Under the pieces are notes generated by a model. That model had not been told where the DNA came from. It was given only the letters and a program-made list of their open reading frames with translations, and made no database searches. A stretch of 64,000 bases of DNA from Stegostoma tigrinum (Eukaryota), in contig NC_081374.1 of assembly GCF_030684315.1 (NCBI RefSeq), positions 12,202,837-12,266,836 of the forward strand. Direction: 5' to 3'. The position numbers were made by a program, and so were the translations under genes. Positions 25,491 through 37,025 of the stretch are shown in pieces. Positions within the stretch are counted from its first letter, which is position 1; each line of letters opens with the position of its first letter.

Positions 25491-25742
25491 ACAACTGTGC
25501 CTTTGTTACTGCATTGGCCTTTGCATATTTGATATAAATCTGTTGAACAATCAGCATTAGGTACTAACGGTACAGATGCTTTGACTGGATTCAGTTGGAT
25601 TCTGTGATTATAGAAACATACCAAGCATCATGAAAAGAACTGTTTGAACAGGCAGTAATTGATGTTCAGGTTGCAGATGATTGAGAGCTCAGGGTGTGTC
25701 CTGATACAGCTTTTGTTGGCAACAAGAAGTTGATTGGTCTAT

Positions 25743-27056
25743 TGTGACGATCCTGTCACTTTGAAAAGATTATTTTGTCCTGGGTGTTTTTGAAGAGAAG
25801 TTGTAAAGGCAGAGGTGTCAAAGCGGTTAGGAAGCGATACAATGGAAGGGAATAGTCAGTTCTCCCAGTTCAAGCTTCCTAGCTTTTCTTTTGGCTATAG
25901 CAGTCACAAGATGTTTAAGTACTACAGGGTTGCCAGCTTCAGTAAAGGATTCCTAACTGACTTCCTCGGAGATCTCTCTGGATGTTGTTCCTTCCTGCCT
26001 GTAAGAATCTGTTTGAATTCACTCCCTTCCCAAGGGGTGTGTTAATGGGATGTTACAATATTGGAAAAGTTAATTAGTTAATTATTTGGTTAAGTTTTGC
26101 AATAGTTACGCTATTCTAAATTCTGTTTTATTTTGCTCATATTCCAGCTGTAGTGTTTAAATAAATTCTGTTTTGCTTAAAGCTGAGTATTTTGGCCAGT
26201 TGCATCACACCTGGAGCAGCTACTTCGCATCAACCTTTAAAAATAAAACAAAAGTTAGTGTCTGGACTATCTTCTTAGAGTCATAGAGTCACAGAGATAT
26301 ACAGCACAGAAACTGACCCTTCGGTCCAACTTGCCCATGCCGACCAGATACCTTACATAAATCTAGTCCCACTTGCTAGCATTTGGCCCATATCCCTCTA
26401 AACCCTTTCTATTTAAGTACCCATCCAGATGCCTTTTAAATGTTGTAATTGTGCCAGCCACCCCACTTCCTCTGGCAGCCCATTCCATACACACACTACC
26501 CTCTCCATGAAAACCTTAACCCTTAGACACATTTTAAATATTTCCTCTCTCAACATTAACCTGTGCCCTATAGTTTTGGACTCCCCCACCCTGTGTAAAA
26601 AGCCCTTGTCTATTTACCTTAACCAAGCCTCTTATGAATTTATAAACTTCTATAAAGTCACCCCTCAGCTTCTGATGCTGCAGGGAAAATAGCCCCAGCC
26701 TATTCAGACTCTCCCTATAACTCAAACCCTCCACCCCTGGAAACATCCTTGTAAATCTTTTCTAAACCCTTTCTAGTTTCACAACATCCTTCTTGAGAGC
26801 AGGGGTCCAGAATTGCATGCAATACTCCAAAAATGGCTGAGCCATGTCTTTCCAACTCCTATGTTTGTATATTTGATATAAATCTATTGAACAATCAGCA
26901 TTAGGTACTAATGGTACAATGGAAGTACAGATATTTTGACTGGATTCAGTTGGATTCTGTGATTAAAGAAACATACCAAGCGTCATGAAAAGATGCTGAC
27001 CAGTAAAGACAAGTGTGCCAAAAATATTTTGAGGAGATCTGACCTGACCCATAACA
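25743..27056 (+). mobile_element. Probable solo LTR interrupted by a CR1 fragment
   Basis: TGTGAC...ATAACA termini, near-TSD CTAT/TTAT, internal AATAAA. Confidence 0.4.
26277..26862 (-). mobile_element. CR1-type LINE 3' fragment
   Basis: GLSYRESLNRLGLFSLQHQKLRGDFIEVYKFIRG and a (GACTCTAT)-type tail. Confidence 0.9.
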
Positions 27057-27445
27057 TTATGGGCTAGTGACCAATTGCCAGTAACACAGGTTGTTTTGAC
27101 CTGCCAACAATTGTTAGATTGGTTTTCAAGTTGCTCATTAGCTTGAGGCTGTGAACAGTTACAGAGAGAAACAGGAGTAGTCAATTCTTCCCCAGCTTGA
27201 GAGGGGTCTCTCTGTACTCTTCAGTCAAATCTCATTGCATACCAGAAGAAAATCAGCTCTTGTTTTTTTTGCCAGTCATTGGCACAAGCTGAAACTTTTA
27301 ACCGATAGAGATATTTTGAGAATGAACAGACCACCTTGTGCGTCTTATCAACCAATGGTATCAATGAGAGAACTGAAGCAACATGCTGGCCAGGAGAAGA
27401 GTCATAAACATCATCTTGATGACAAAACTCAGGTTAAAAACTATG

Positions 27446-28790
27446 GATAATAAAATGTGAGGCTGGATGAACACAGCAGGTCAAGCAGCATCTCAGGAGC
27501 ACAAAAGCTGACGTTTCAGGCCAAGACCCTTCATCAGAGAGGGGGATGGGGTGAGGGAACTGGAATAAATAGGGAGAGAGGGGGAGGCGGACCGAAGATG
27601 GAGAGAAAAGATGATAGGTGGAGAGGAGAGTATAGGTGGGGAGGTAGGGAGGGGATGGGTCAGTCCAGGGAAGACGGACAGGTCAAGGAGGTGGGATGAG
27701 GTTAGTAGGTAGGAGATGGAGGTGCGTCTTGGGGTGGGAGGAAGGGATGGGTGAGAGGAAGAACAGGTTAGGGAGGCAGAGACAGGTTGGACTGGTTTTG
27801 GGATGCAGTGGGTGGAGGGGATGAACTGGGCTGGCTTTGGGATGCAGTGGCGGAAGGGGAGATTTTGAAGCTGGTGAAGTCCACATTGATGCCATTGGGC
27901 TGCAGGGTTCCCAAGTGGAATATGAGTTGCTGTTCCTGCAACCTTCGGGTGGCATCATTGTGGCACTGCAGGAGGCCCATGATGGACATGTCATCTAAAG
28001 AATGGGAGGGGTAGTGGAAATGGTTTATGACTGGGAGGTGCAGTTGCTTATTGCGAACCGAGCGGAGGTGTTCTGCAAAACGGTCCCCAAGCCTCCGCTT
28101 GGTTTCCCCAATGTAGAGGAAGCCACACCGGGTACAATGGATGCAGTATACCACATTGGCAGATGTGCAGGTGAACCTCTGCTTAAAATGGAAAGTCATC
28201 CTGGGGCCTGGGATAGGGGTGAGGGAGGAGGTGTGGGGGCAAGTGTAGCATTTCCTGCGATTGCAGGGGAAGGTGCCGGGTGCGGTGGCGTTGGAGGGCA
28301 GCGTGGAGCGGACAAGGGAGTCACGGAGAGAGTGGTCTCTCCGGAAAGCTGACAAGGGTGGGGATGGAAAAATGTCTTGGGTGGTGGGGTTGGATTGTAG
28401 ATGGCGGAAGTGTCGGAGGATGATGCGTTGTGTCCAGAGGTTGATGGGGTGGTATGTGAGGACTAAGGGGATTCTCTTAGGGTGGTTATTGAGGGGGCGG
28501 GGTGTGAGGGATGAGATGCGGGAAATGTGGGAGACACGGTCAAGGGCGTTCTCGACCACTGCAGGGGGGAAGTTGTGGTCCTTGAAGAACGTGGACATCT
28601 GGGATGTGCAAGAGTGGAATGCCTCTTCCTGGGAGCAGATGCGACGGAGGCAAAGGTATTGGGAATAGAGAATGGAATTTTTGCAGGGGGGTGGGTGGGA
28701 GGAGGCGTATTCGAGGCAGCTGTGGGGGTCAGTGGGCTTGAAGTGGACATCGGTTTCTCGGCAGTAGCCTAAAATGGAGACAGAGATGTC
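27446..28790 (-). mobile_element. Penelope-like element, 5'-truncated (RT C-terminus + GIY-YIG endonuclease + 3' end)
   Basis: Open frame 27768..28814 with HFKPTD..LEY.S.HP, LVLTYHP, the CxxxxCxxC linker and NVVYCIHC..C..LYIGETKRRLGDRFAEH. Confidence 0.93.
27506..27540 (-). ncRNA. Minimal hammerhead ribozyme core in PLE 3' end
   Basis: Minus strand reads CTGATGA-AGGGTCTTGGCCT-GAAA-CGTC. This gives CUGANGA, stem II, GAAA, palindromic ACGT and a GUC cleavage triplet. Confidence 0.65.
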
Positions 28791-28869
28791 TACTGTGGTT
28801 GAGATCAGCCACACTTCACTTCACTGTTGTCGTGACGACGAATTCAGTATGTGATTTGTGATCTAATAA

Positions 28870-28990
28870 TGACTGAGGAAGCACCTACAAACATAATGAG
28901 GAACGCTGTAGATGACCAATGAATCCTTCCAGATTGCCAAAGAGGAACTGGTGAACCTTAGTTTGAAGCAGGAAATGATAGTTATAAATG
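28870..28990 (+). promoter_or_regulatory. Gene B candidate promoter (PU.1/ETS cluster)
   Basis: GAGGAA at 28875, 28898 and 28942 (AAAGAGGAACTG), CAGGAAAT 28969, CCAAT 28916 and TATAAA 28983. All are within 200 nt of the leader. Confidence 0.5.
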
Positions 28991-29072
28991 GGTCTCAACT
29001 GATTCAAACACAGCCTTCCTGGCAGACAATATCGGGACAGCGAAATTTCACCCAACAGAAACATCCGAAGCA

Positions 29073-29112
29073 TTGACAGCAATTGTGTTTTTCATTCTTA
29101 TCTCTGTATCAT
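29073..29112 (+). pseudogene. Gene B leader exon, start codon lost
   Basis: TTG ACA GCA ATT GTG TTT TTC ATT CTT ATC TCT GTA TCA T|GTAAGT. The paralogue at 43442 has ATG. No in-frame ATG occurs before the upstream stop at 28959. Confidence 0.85.
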
Positions 29113-30099
29113 GTAAGTTTTCATTAAGACCACAACCTTTACTATGATGAAAATGTACTTTGGTAATCAGAGCTGAGAAAGGCCAGAAATGGTTCCTGAC
29201 ACAGTCATCAGTCGGATTGTTGAGATGAATTAATGCAAAATCACCGACAAATTCTTTAGAAAGTTGTTACTGTGGTTGAGATCAGCCTGCTTCTCCAGCA
29301 CCGCCAGCCTGGTTTTGCCTGGTTTGCTTCTTTCTGTGGGACCCCATTGCACCCGAATGTTTCTGTCCTGTCTGAAAGGAGAGTTCTTTGTCAGTGCAAA
29401 CACAGGAAAACACACTGCACGCTGTTTTAGAGACAAAATAAGCTCCAGATGCTGGAATCCAAGGTACACAAAGAGGAAGCTGGAAGAACCCACAGGCCAG
29501 GTAGCATCTGGAGGAAAGGAGCAATAAATGTTTCAGATATTACTCTTCAGGGGGATCCAATTGTGTTTGTCACTGAAATAAACAATTTGTAGCGTGGGTT
29601 AATCCCAAAAGGTTGACTGCACCTTTCACCTAGATGCTGTCTGTCCTGCTGTGTTCTTCCAGCCTGCTCTTTCTCTACCTTGAACTGCAAGCTTTTCTTT
29701 GAAGTAGCACCTAAAACCACCCAAAGTGCTTCAGAGAAGGGAGGGCTAGAGTGCAACAGTGTTATTCTTCAGTGTGCTATCCAAAGGCTCAGGCTCAAAC
29801 CCCACAATGGTGGATGGAGTCATTTGAACTTTACAAATCTGAATATCTATCACACCCTTCAGGGAAGGAAATCTGCCAGCCGATATGTGATTCCAGACCT
29901 ACAGCAATCCAGTTGATGCACGATTGCTTTAGAAACTCTCAATGTACTCAGCTCAGGAATAGTTACAGAGGAGCAACATGGGTGTCAGTGGGGGGTGCAT
30001 TCCTGGAAAGAATTTATGAAATAATATTTCAAAATGTAAAATTTGGCACAGGATCCATTCCATCCAATATCATGCCTTATTCAAAATTAGGCACCATGA

Positions 30100-31425
30100 C
30101 ATGATGCCTAATTGTATTCTCAGAGACAAGGATTGATTTGAAATAAGCAGCATGGTTTTGTGGTGGGAAATTCTGTTTCATGAACTTGATTTGAGTTTTT
30201 TTAGTGGAAGAAACATAGAAGATTAAGGGCAGAGTAATAGACATTTTTTATATGGACTTCAGTAAAGCTTTTGATAAAGATTTGCACAGTTGGCTAGTTA
30301 GCAAAGTTGGACCACAAGAAATGGGGCTGGGGGGAGATTGCCAATTTCACATGGAATTGGCTTTATTGGAAGAAACAGAGTCAGTGGTAGAAGGTTGTTT
30401 TTCAGACTGGAGGCCTGTGAACAATGATATTCCACACGGATCTGTACTGGGTCCACTTCTGTTTGTCATTTCTGCAAAAAATTTGGATTTACATACTGGA
30501 ACATGGTTAGTAAGCTTACGGATGACACCAAGATTGGTGGTATAGTCGTCAGTGAAAAATGTTAACTAAGAATTCAATCTTGATCAATCAGGTCACTCAG
30601 CTGGGCAGTGGCAGATGGAGTTTCATTTGGATAAATGCAACTTATTGCATTTTGGGAAAACAAACAAGGGCTGGACTCATACAATTAATGGTAGAGCCTT
30701 GGGTAGTGTTGTGGAACGGAAAGACTGAGGGGTTCCGGAACATAATTCTTTGAAATTTGCACCATACGTATACAGGGTGGTTAAGAGGATGCTTCGCAAG
30801 CAAGTCTCCATTGCGCAGACTTTGGAATACAACAGTTGGGATGTCATGTTCAGGTACACAGGATGTTGGTGAGGCCTCTTCTGGAATACTGTGTGCACTT
30901 TAGGTCACCCTGGTATAGGAAGAATATTATGAAAATGGAGAAGTTTCACAAAAAATTCACAGGATGTTGCCGGAAATGGTGGGTTTGAGTTATGGATATC
31001 AGCTGGATATACTGGAACTCTTTTCCACTGGAAAGTAAAAGGTTGAGGGGTGACCTTATCAAGATATATAAAATCATGAAAGCCATAGAGAAGATGAATA
31101 ACAATGACCATTTCCCTCAGTTGGGGGCATTCAAATCTCAGGGGGCCATATTTTTAAAGTGAGAGGTGAACGATTTACAAAGTACATGAGGGGTAAAATC
31201 TTTACACTGAGAGTGGTCGTGTGTGGAATGATTTACCGGAGAAAGTGTGGTGTATGCAGGGTCAGCTATGACACTTAAAAGACATTTGGATGAGCACATG
31301 ACTAGGAAAGGTTTGGAGAGTAATGAGAAAAATACAGGCAACTGGCATTAATTTAGTTTGGCTGCATGGTCGGTGTGGAAATGTTGGAATGAAGGATCTG
31401 TCACATGCTGAATAATGCTACGACT
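30100..31425 (+). mobile_element. CR1-type LINE fragment in gene B intron 1
   Basis: MDFSKAFD, PHGSVLGP and 3' UTR. Duplicated at ~44470-45780. Confidence 0.88.
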
Positions 31426-32354
31426 CAAGGAAACTAAAAAGCAACTTCAATCAAAGTCACTGATTACCTCCACGTAAACAAACTACTCAATGTTAGTAAG
31501 GATAGAATACCAGAGTATGGCCCATCAATCCACAGTCTCACTTGCTCAGGAAATGTGACAACAGGCTCCAACAAGGTCAACTGTCTGTCTTCTTTCACAA
31601 GGAATAATTGATTGGAGGAACAATTAAACATGTCAATATTTTTGTGAAAGCCATTGACAAGCCAGGGGCTGTGTTTTCCTTTGGCACCTTGAGTGAGTGC
31701 TCAGGGGATCCAGCAAACAGAACGCATGTGTGTCCAGAAACCTCTGTTTGCCAGGCCCACCCTAACACCCACAATTCTCTGTGCACTTAGAAATGGGCAG
31801 ACTGAGAGACGAGTGAGAAGGAATGGAGGAATTCACCTCGAGTGAGCTTCGTTCATCTTCTCAATACCAAGGATCAGTGTAAATGGAGAAGATAAATCAA
31901 TCATATCATCAACAATCTTCCCATAAAGCACTGACATGGAGAATCTGGAACAAAAGATAATCACTTGCTCGTTTTTCACACTGTTGGTTTAAAACTTGGA
32001 TTTACACAGTAATGTAGGTGACAGTTTCGGTGAATGTCACTCACTATGAGGAAAACTCAGTATTGAAAAGGCGATGTTTCTTCAGAAGGCAAGAAGAAGG
32101 GTCCCGAACCAAAAGGTCAGCTGTCCTGTTCCTCTGACGCTGCCTGGTCTGCTGTGTTCATCCAGCTCCACACTGTGTTGCCTCTGATTCCAGTGTTGTC
32201 AGTCCTTACTATCTCTGTGTTGAAAATCTAGTTTGACATCTAAATATAAGGGAGGGTGCTACAACAACGAAACAGGAGTTCTTGTTTTATTAAATATTCT
32301 GTTTCCTGACTCTCTGACAGGTATTAATAATCGTTCATTGTTATATCACAATAG

Positions 32355-32672
32355 GTTCACATCAATTAACTGGGCCCGGGGATGTTCATGGAGAAGTAGG
32401 AGGATCAGTCACTGCTGAGTGCAAATATCATCAGAGCTACAAGGGAGATGTGAAATACTGGTGTAAAGGTTATCATTACATCCATTGTTCTATTATTGTT
32501 TCAACTGATAACCCACAAAGTGGAAGAGTATCAATGACCGATGACAAAAAGCACAACATATTGTCCATAACCATGGACAACCTGATGAAGAGTGATGAAG
32601 GATGATACTGGTGTGTTATAGAAAGATTTTTCTCAAATGAGAGGGTTTCGTTCGAATTAGAAGTTTTTGAAG
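32355..32672 (+). pseudogene. Gene B Ig V-type exon (CD300/pIgR-like) with premature stop
   Basis: AATAG|..GAAG|GTAAGA, phase 1 to 1; SHQLTGPGDVHGEVGGSVTAECKYHQSYKGDVKYWCKGYHYIHCSIIVSTDNPQSGRVSMTDDKKHNILSITMDNLMKSDEG*YWCVIERFFSNERVSFELEVFE. TGA at 32603-32605. Confidence 0.93.
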
Positions 32673-34314
32673 GTAAGATGAATCTGTATTTCTAATTTGT
32701 CTGCTTTGCCCAAAATGGAACATTTGAAATCAGAGATACCCTCAACTCTGCACTGGGAGTGACCCCCTGTGACAAGTCCTGAGCTCCCCACAGAGGTGGA
32801 CACTCATATACTCAAATGTCCAAATCCTGGGAATACTGACGTCTCACAGCAGGATCCTCCCACTCCATTGGGAAAGAAAGACAGGAAATAGATTGGGAAA
32901 ACCTTTCACACATGGGAGCTTAAGCAGGCAGCTGTTCTGTTCATGGCCAAAATGTTCTCACCTCATGTTTTTGACCAGCTGCCAGGACTGAAGCAGGGCC
33001 GTACCCCAAGGCTATCAGCTGGAGACCTCTCCAATGGGACGGACACTCAGAGAAAGTCAGACTATGTACTACACAGCCCCTAATCCCCTGTCGCTCATCA
33101 GCCTTTACCCTCATTTCTCCCGCATTCCCGTGGTCGCAATGTGGAGACCGGCTCAGACATTACCCTTGTAACAGTTCGGCACGACCTTGGGTGGCATTTT
33201 GCCTTAGAAGGCCTTTTACTTGCCTGTCACTGGGGTCATTGTCTAATTGAGAAGGACAGTACCATGGATAGAGATGGCCATTGGTGAGGCTACAAGGAGG
33301 TTTGGAATATACAATCCAAGCCTGAAGCATTCTCAACAGCAAGGTCAACTATTGCTGCTGAGATGTAGTGGGGGCTGCAGGAGCCTCATGTGTCTCAAAT
33401 TGACTGTAATGGAGTGTCCACTGAAGGCTCAGGTGTTTATCTTGATGGGTTCTCATCTCAACAGTTCACCCTCCCGATGTCATTTGATTTCATACAGATT
33501 GTAATATCCCAAATCTGGGCAAGTTATTGGTTTAGTTATCTATTGGCTGCTCAGGGTCCTGCTGCTGGCGTTATCCCAAGGCATTTAGTTTGTCAATAAA
33601 ATTCTACTTTATACTTTCAACCAATTCTGAACCATTATGTGCAGATGTGCTATGAGTACTGTACAAAAGCTGTTGCTTCTATTTTCAACAGGAAATTCTT
33701 GGAATTCACGGTGTTAGGCTTTTGCTGTATGCTTTAACATCTTTGTATTATAAGCCAATAGTTTTGTTTGATCTACTTTATCTTCATTTAGTTTGTTAAT
33801 AACATTCTACTTAACAGTTAAAACAAATCTGCTACATTGTGTGCATCTGTTTCAGTTAATGAATGCATTGTTACACTCAAACAGAACAAAATATGATCCA
33901 TGAAGCCAGATTTCTGTCTGGGATCTGACCTGAGCTTTAAAAACATGAAGAGGATTCATAACACTGCCCCATTGCCAGTCAATTACTGTGTGAGCAAATT
34001 GTTAACTCACTCACGCAGGAATGGCTGAAACATTGATGCATCTCGTGCTGTAATGTCTCACCTCACACTCAGTTTGTGTCTATTTTGTTGCAGTTGCTTC
34101 TGAATTTACCCAACTGTATAATCGTCTAATACTGGTAATGCAATCATTTCATTTAACTCCAGAATGATCTAGTCATTTTCAACAAAAGCAAGATAATGTG
34201 GAAATGTAATGTTGAAGGAATGATTAACTATGACTTTTAAGTGGTTCCATTGAGGGGAGTCAACTCAGTGGGGAACATAATTTCAACCATTTTCAACAAG
34301 TTGCTCCTTTATAG

Positions 34315-34423
34315 TGCCTACATGGAGCTCGACAATGGGACCAACCAGCAGCATCGCAGGAACTACTCAGTCTCATGTTACAATGGATCTGACCACATCC
34401 TCCGCCATCATCAGCTCAAACAG
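34315..34423 (+). pseudogene. Gene B mucin-like stalk exon
   Basis: CTCCTTTATAG|..CAG|GTTCGT, phase 1 to 2; (V)PTWSSTMGPTSSIAGTTQSHVTMDLTTSSAIISSN(R). Confidence 0.8.
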
Positions 34424-34999
34424 GTTCGTCTCTGAAACGATGAAATCTATGAAGTACATCTTTACCATGATATGAACATATCGTCTTTAAAATGCTCAGG
34501 GAGAGGCAAATACAATCAATAGTTAAGTTCAGGTCATCAAGCACGCACTAGAATAAAGTGGGGCTGGAAAATCAAAAACACAGAAAAGCCAGTGGTTAGT
34601 GATTGAGCTGGAAGAGAGACGGTGCGGCCAGGTTTTATCACTGGTTGTAAATATTCCAAATAAACGCACCAATGTCATGACAGACTGACATCCTCAATGC
34701 AGAAATCCAGTTAGAACAAAGAGTGGAATCTTCCAGACCTGCAGGCGCTGAGAGGAACAGTGAGAGGCGAGAGTCAAAACTTCAGATTCTTTCTGGCAGG
34801 GGAAAGTTTAGGGAGTAAATTGTCTAACAGCAAGAAACACAGGGTCAATTTCCCAACTACAGGCATCAGGAAGCCTATCATCATCCATCAGCATCTCAGT
34901 CAAAGCTCAACTCATGGAAATTAAGTGCTCCTTTCCAGTTAACTGTATTGGTTATTAGCAAGAGCTCGAGAGGTGAACTGAAGTCAGGTTCAACTCTGA

Positions 35000-37025
35000 A
35001 CAGGCTAATTGGGAAAATTGACAACAGGAAAAGTGTCTATTCCCTTAGTGTGCAGTTCATTCACTAAGTTTCCAAATGAGAGACTGACAGAAAAAAATAC
35101 AAGCCCATGGGATCCAGGCAAATTTGGGAAATTGGATCCATGGTTGCCGGGCGCGAGTTAACACAGGATGATGCTGGAGAGCTGTTTTTCTGACTGACTG
35201 GAACTCTGTATCCCATGAAGTCTCAGAAGCGACAAGTGTTGCAGCATTTACTCTTTGTGGTTTGTATCAAAGATATTGGCTTGCATATAGGAAGGTGGAT
35301 CCGTAAGCTGTTCAGGTATTATAAAAATTGGTGAGCTGGGGAATAGTGAGAACAGAGATAATGGGAACTGCAGATGCTATAGCTTTAAACTAGAAGAAGA
35401 TATCGACGGCCTGGGCAAATTGGCTGTTTACTAGCAAATCGAAAAATAGGAAGTGATGGAACTGCACAGGACACAATGCAACAAGAGAGTACATGATGAA
35501 CAGTAAAACCTTGGGAAGCACCAAGAATCAGAGAAACCTTGGGATGTATGTACACTGTTCCCTTAAGATAGGAGTATAGGCGGGTAAAGTGGGTGAGAAA
35601 GTATGTGTGATGCTTGCATATAACAGCCTAGGCATAGAGATTCAGAGCCTATGAAACTCTATGGCAAAAAATGTTGATTAGGCCGCAGCTAGAGTATCGT
35701 GTGCATCTCTGGAAATCCAATGATTGAACGGATATGATTACTCTTAAGATGGCACAGAAGAGATTTACCAGGATGTTGCCTGAGCTCATGAGTTTCAGTT
35801 CTAACGAGGCTGAGCAGGCTAGGATTGTTTTCATTGGAGCAGAGGAGATCGACAGGGGTTATCATTGAGACATATAAAGCCATGGGGCGGGGTGCGGGGC
35901 GACATAGACTGGACTGACAGGAGGAACTTTTCCCTTTGGAGGGATCATTGATATAGAAACATAGAAAACACATGCAGGAGTTTTCCATTCATCACTTCAA
36001 TGCATTCAATATGATCATGCCTGGTCATGCAATTTCAGTTTCCCACTCCCACTTTCTCTCTGTATACATTGATCGCTTGAGCTGTGAGGGTCACAACCAT
36101 CTTCCTCTTGAATGTGTCGAACATACTGGCCCAAACAGCTGCCAGAGATTTCCACAGGCTCATAAATGTCAGAGTGAAGAACTTCTTCCTCATCTCAGTC
36201 CTGAATGGCTTACCCCTGTTTCTTAGACTGTGATCCCTCAGACTAGACTGACTTCGGGGACATTCGTCCTGCATCTAGCCTGTCCAGTATTATCAGGACT
36301 CTATGATTCTGTGACATTCCTGACACCCCCTCATTCCTCTAAATTCCAATGAGTACAAGCCCAGTCAATCCAATCTTTCCTCATTTGCCAGTCCTATGAT
36401 CCAAGGAATCAGTCTGGTGAATCTTCACTGCACTCCCTCAATCATAAGAATGTCCTTCCTCAGACTAGGAGAACAAAACTGCACACAGTGCTCAAGGTGT
36501 GACTTCATCAAGGCCCAGTATAACTGCAGTAAGATGTCCTACTCCTAAACTCCATTCATCTCGCAGTGAAGGCCAGCATGCTGTTAATTTTCCACACTGC
36601 CTGCTGCACCTGCACACCAAACTGCACGACTGTTCCGAGAGAATGCCCAGATCTCATTGCACCTCACCTTTTCCTAAGCTGCCACCACTTACGCAAATTG
36701 CTTTCCTGTTTTCATCACCAAAGCAAATAACTGAGAGGGCACAGGTTTTAAATAAGTGCAGGAGGCTTACAGGAGATGAGAGCAGAACATCTTCCACCCA
36801 AAGGGTAGTGTGGATCTGGAACTCACAACCTGGAAGGGTGCGAGAGGCAGAAACCCTCATCACATTTAAGACATATTTAGAAGTGCACTTGCAATGCCAA
36901 GGTATGGAAAACTAATGGCCATGTGCTGGAATGTGGGATTGGAATACTTCCATGTTGTTTTTCCCCTGTGCAAATATGATGGGCCAAAGGGCCTGTTTCT
37001 TTGCAACATGTTTCGATGACTCTGT
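35000..37025. mobile_element. Nested CR1-type fragments (+ 35000-35950, - 35955-36730, + 36735-37025)
   Basis: Degenerate RT C-terminal and 3' UTR motifs on both strands. Confidence 0.75.

Larger units (their letters stand above)
28815..34612 (+). repeat. High-identity ectodomain cassette, copy 1 (partner 43184-49700)
   Basis: Near-identical sequence with duplicated ORFs in the track. Copy 2 has ~0.73 kb extra (~47938-48664). Confidence 0.95.

Noticed and set aside
27768-28814. 348 aa ORF as a domesticated host gene
   Set aside because: It is a 5'-truncated Penelope whose frame starts in junction filler; no splice or promoter support.
32603-32605. TGA as selenocysteine or programmed read-through
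   Set aside because: It aligns to Arg, not Cys; the start codon is also lost; no SECIS recognised.
32355-32720. V exons as rearranging Ig/TCR/NAR segments
   Set aside because: Each exon includes its own G strand and ends at a GT donor. I saw no CACAGTG/ACAAAAACC signal, and KYWC-x7-C is CD300/pIgR-type.
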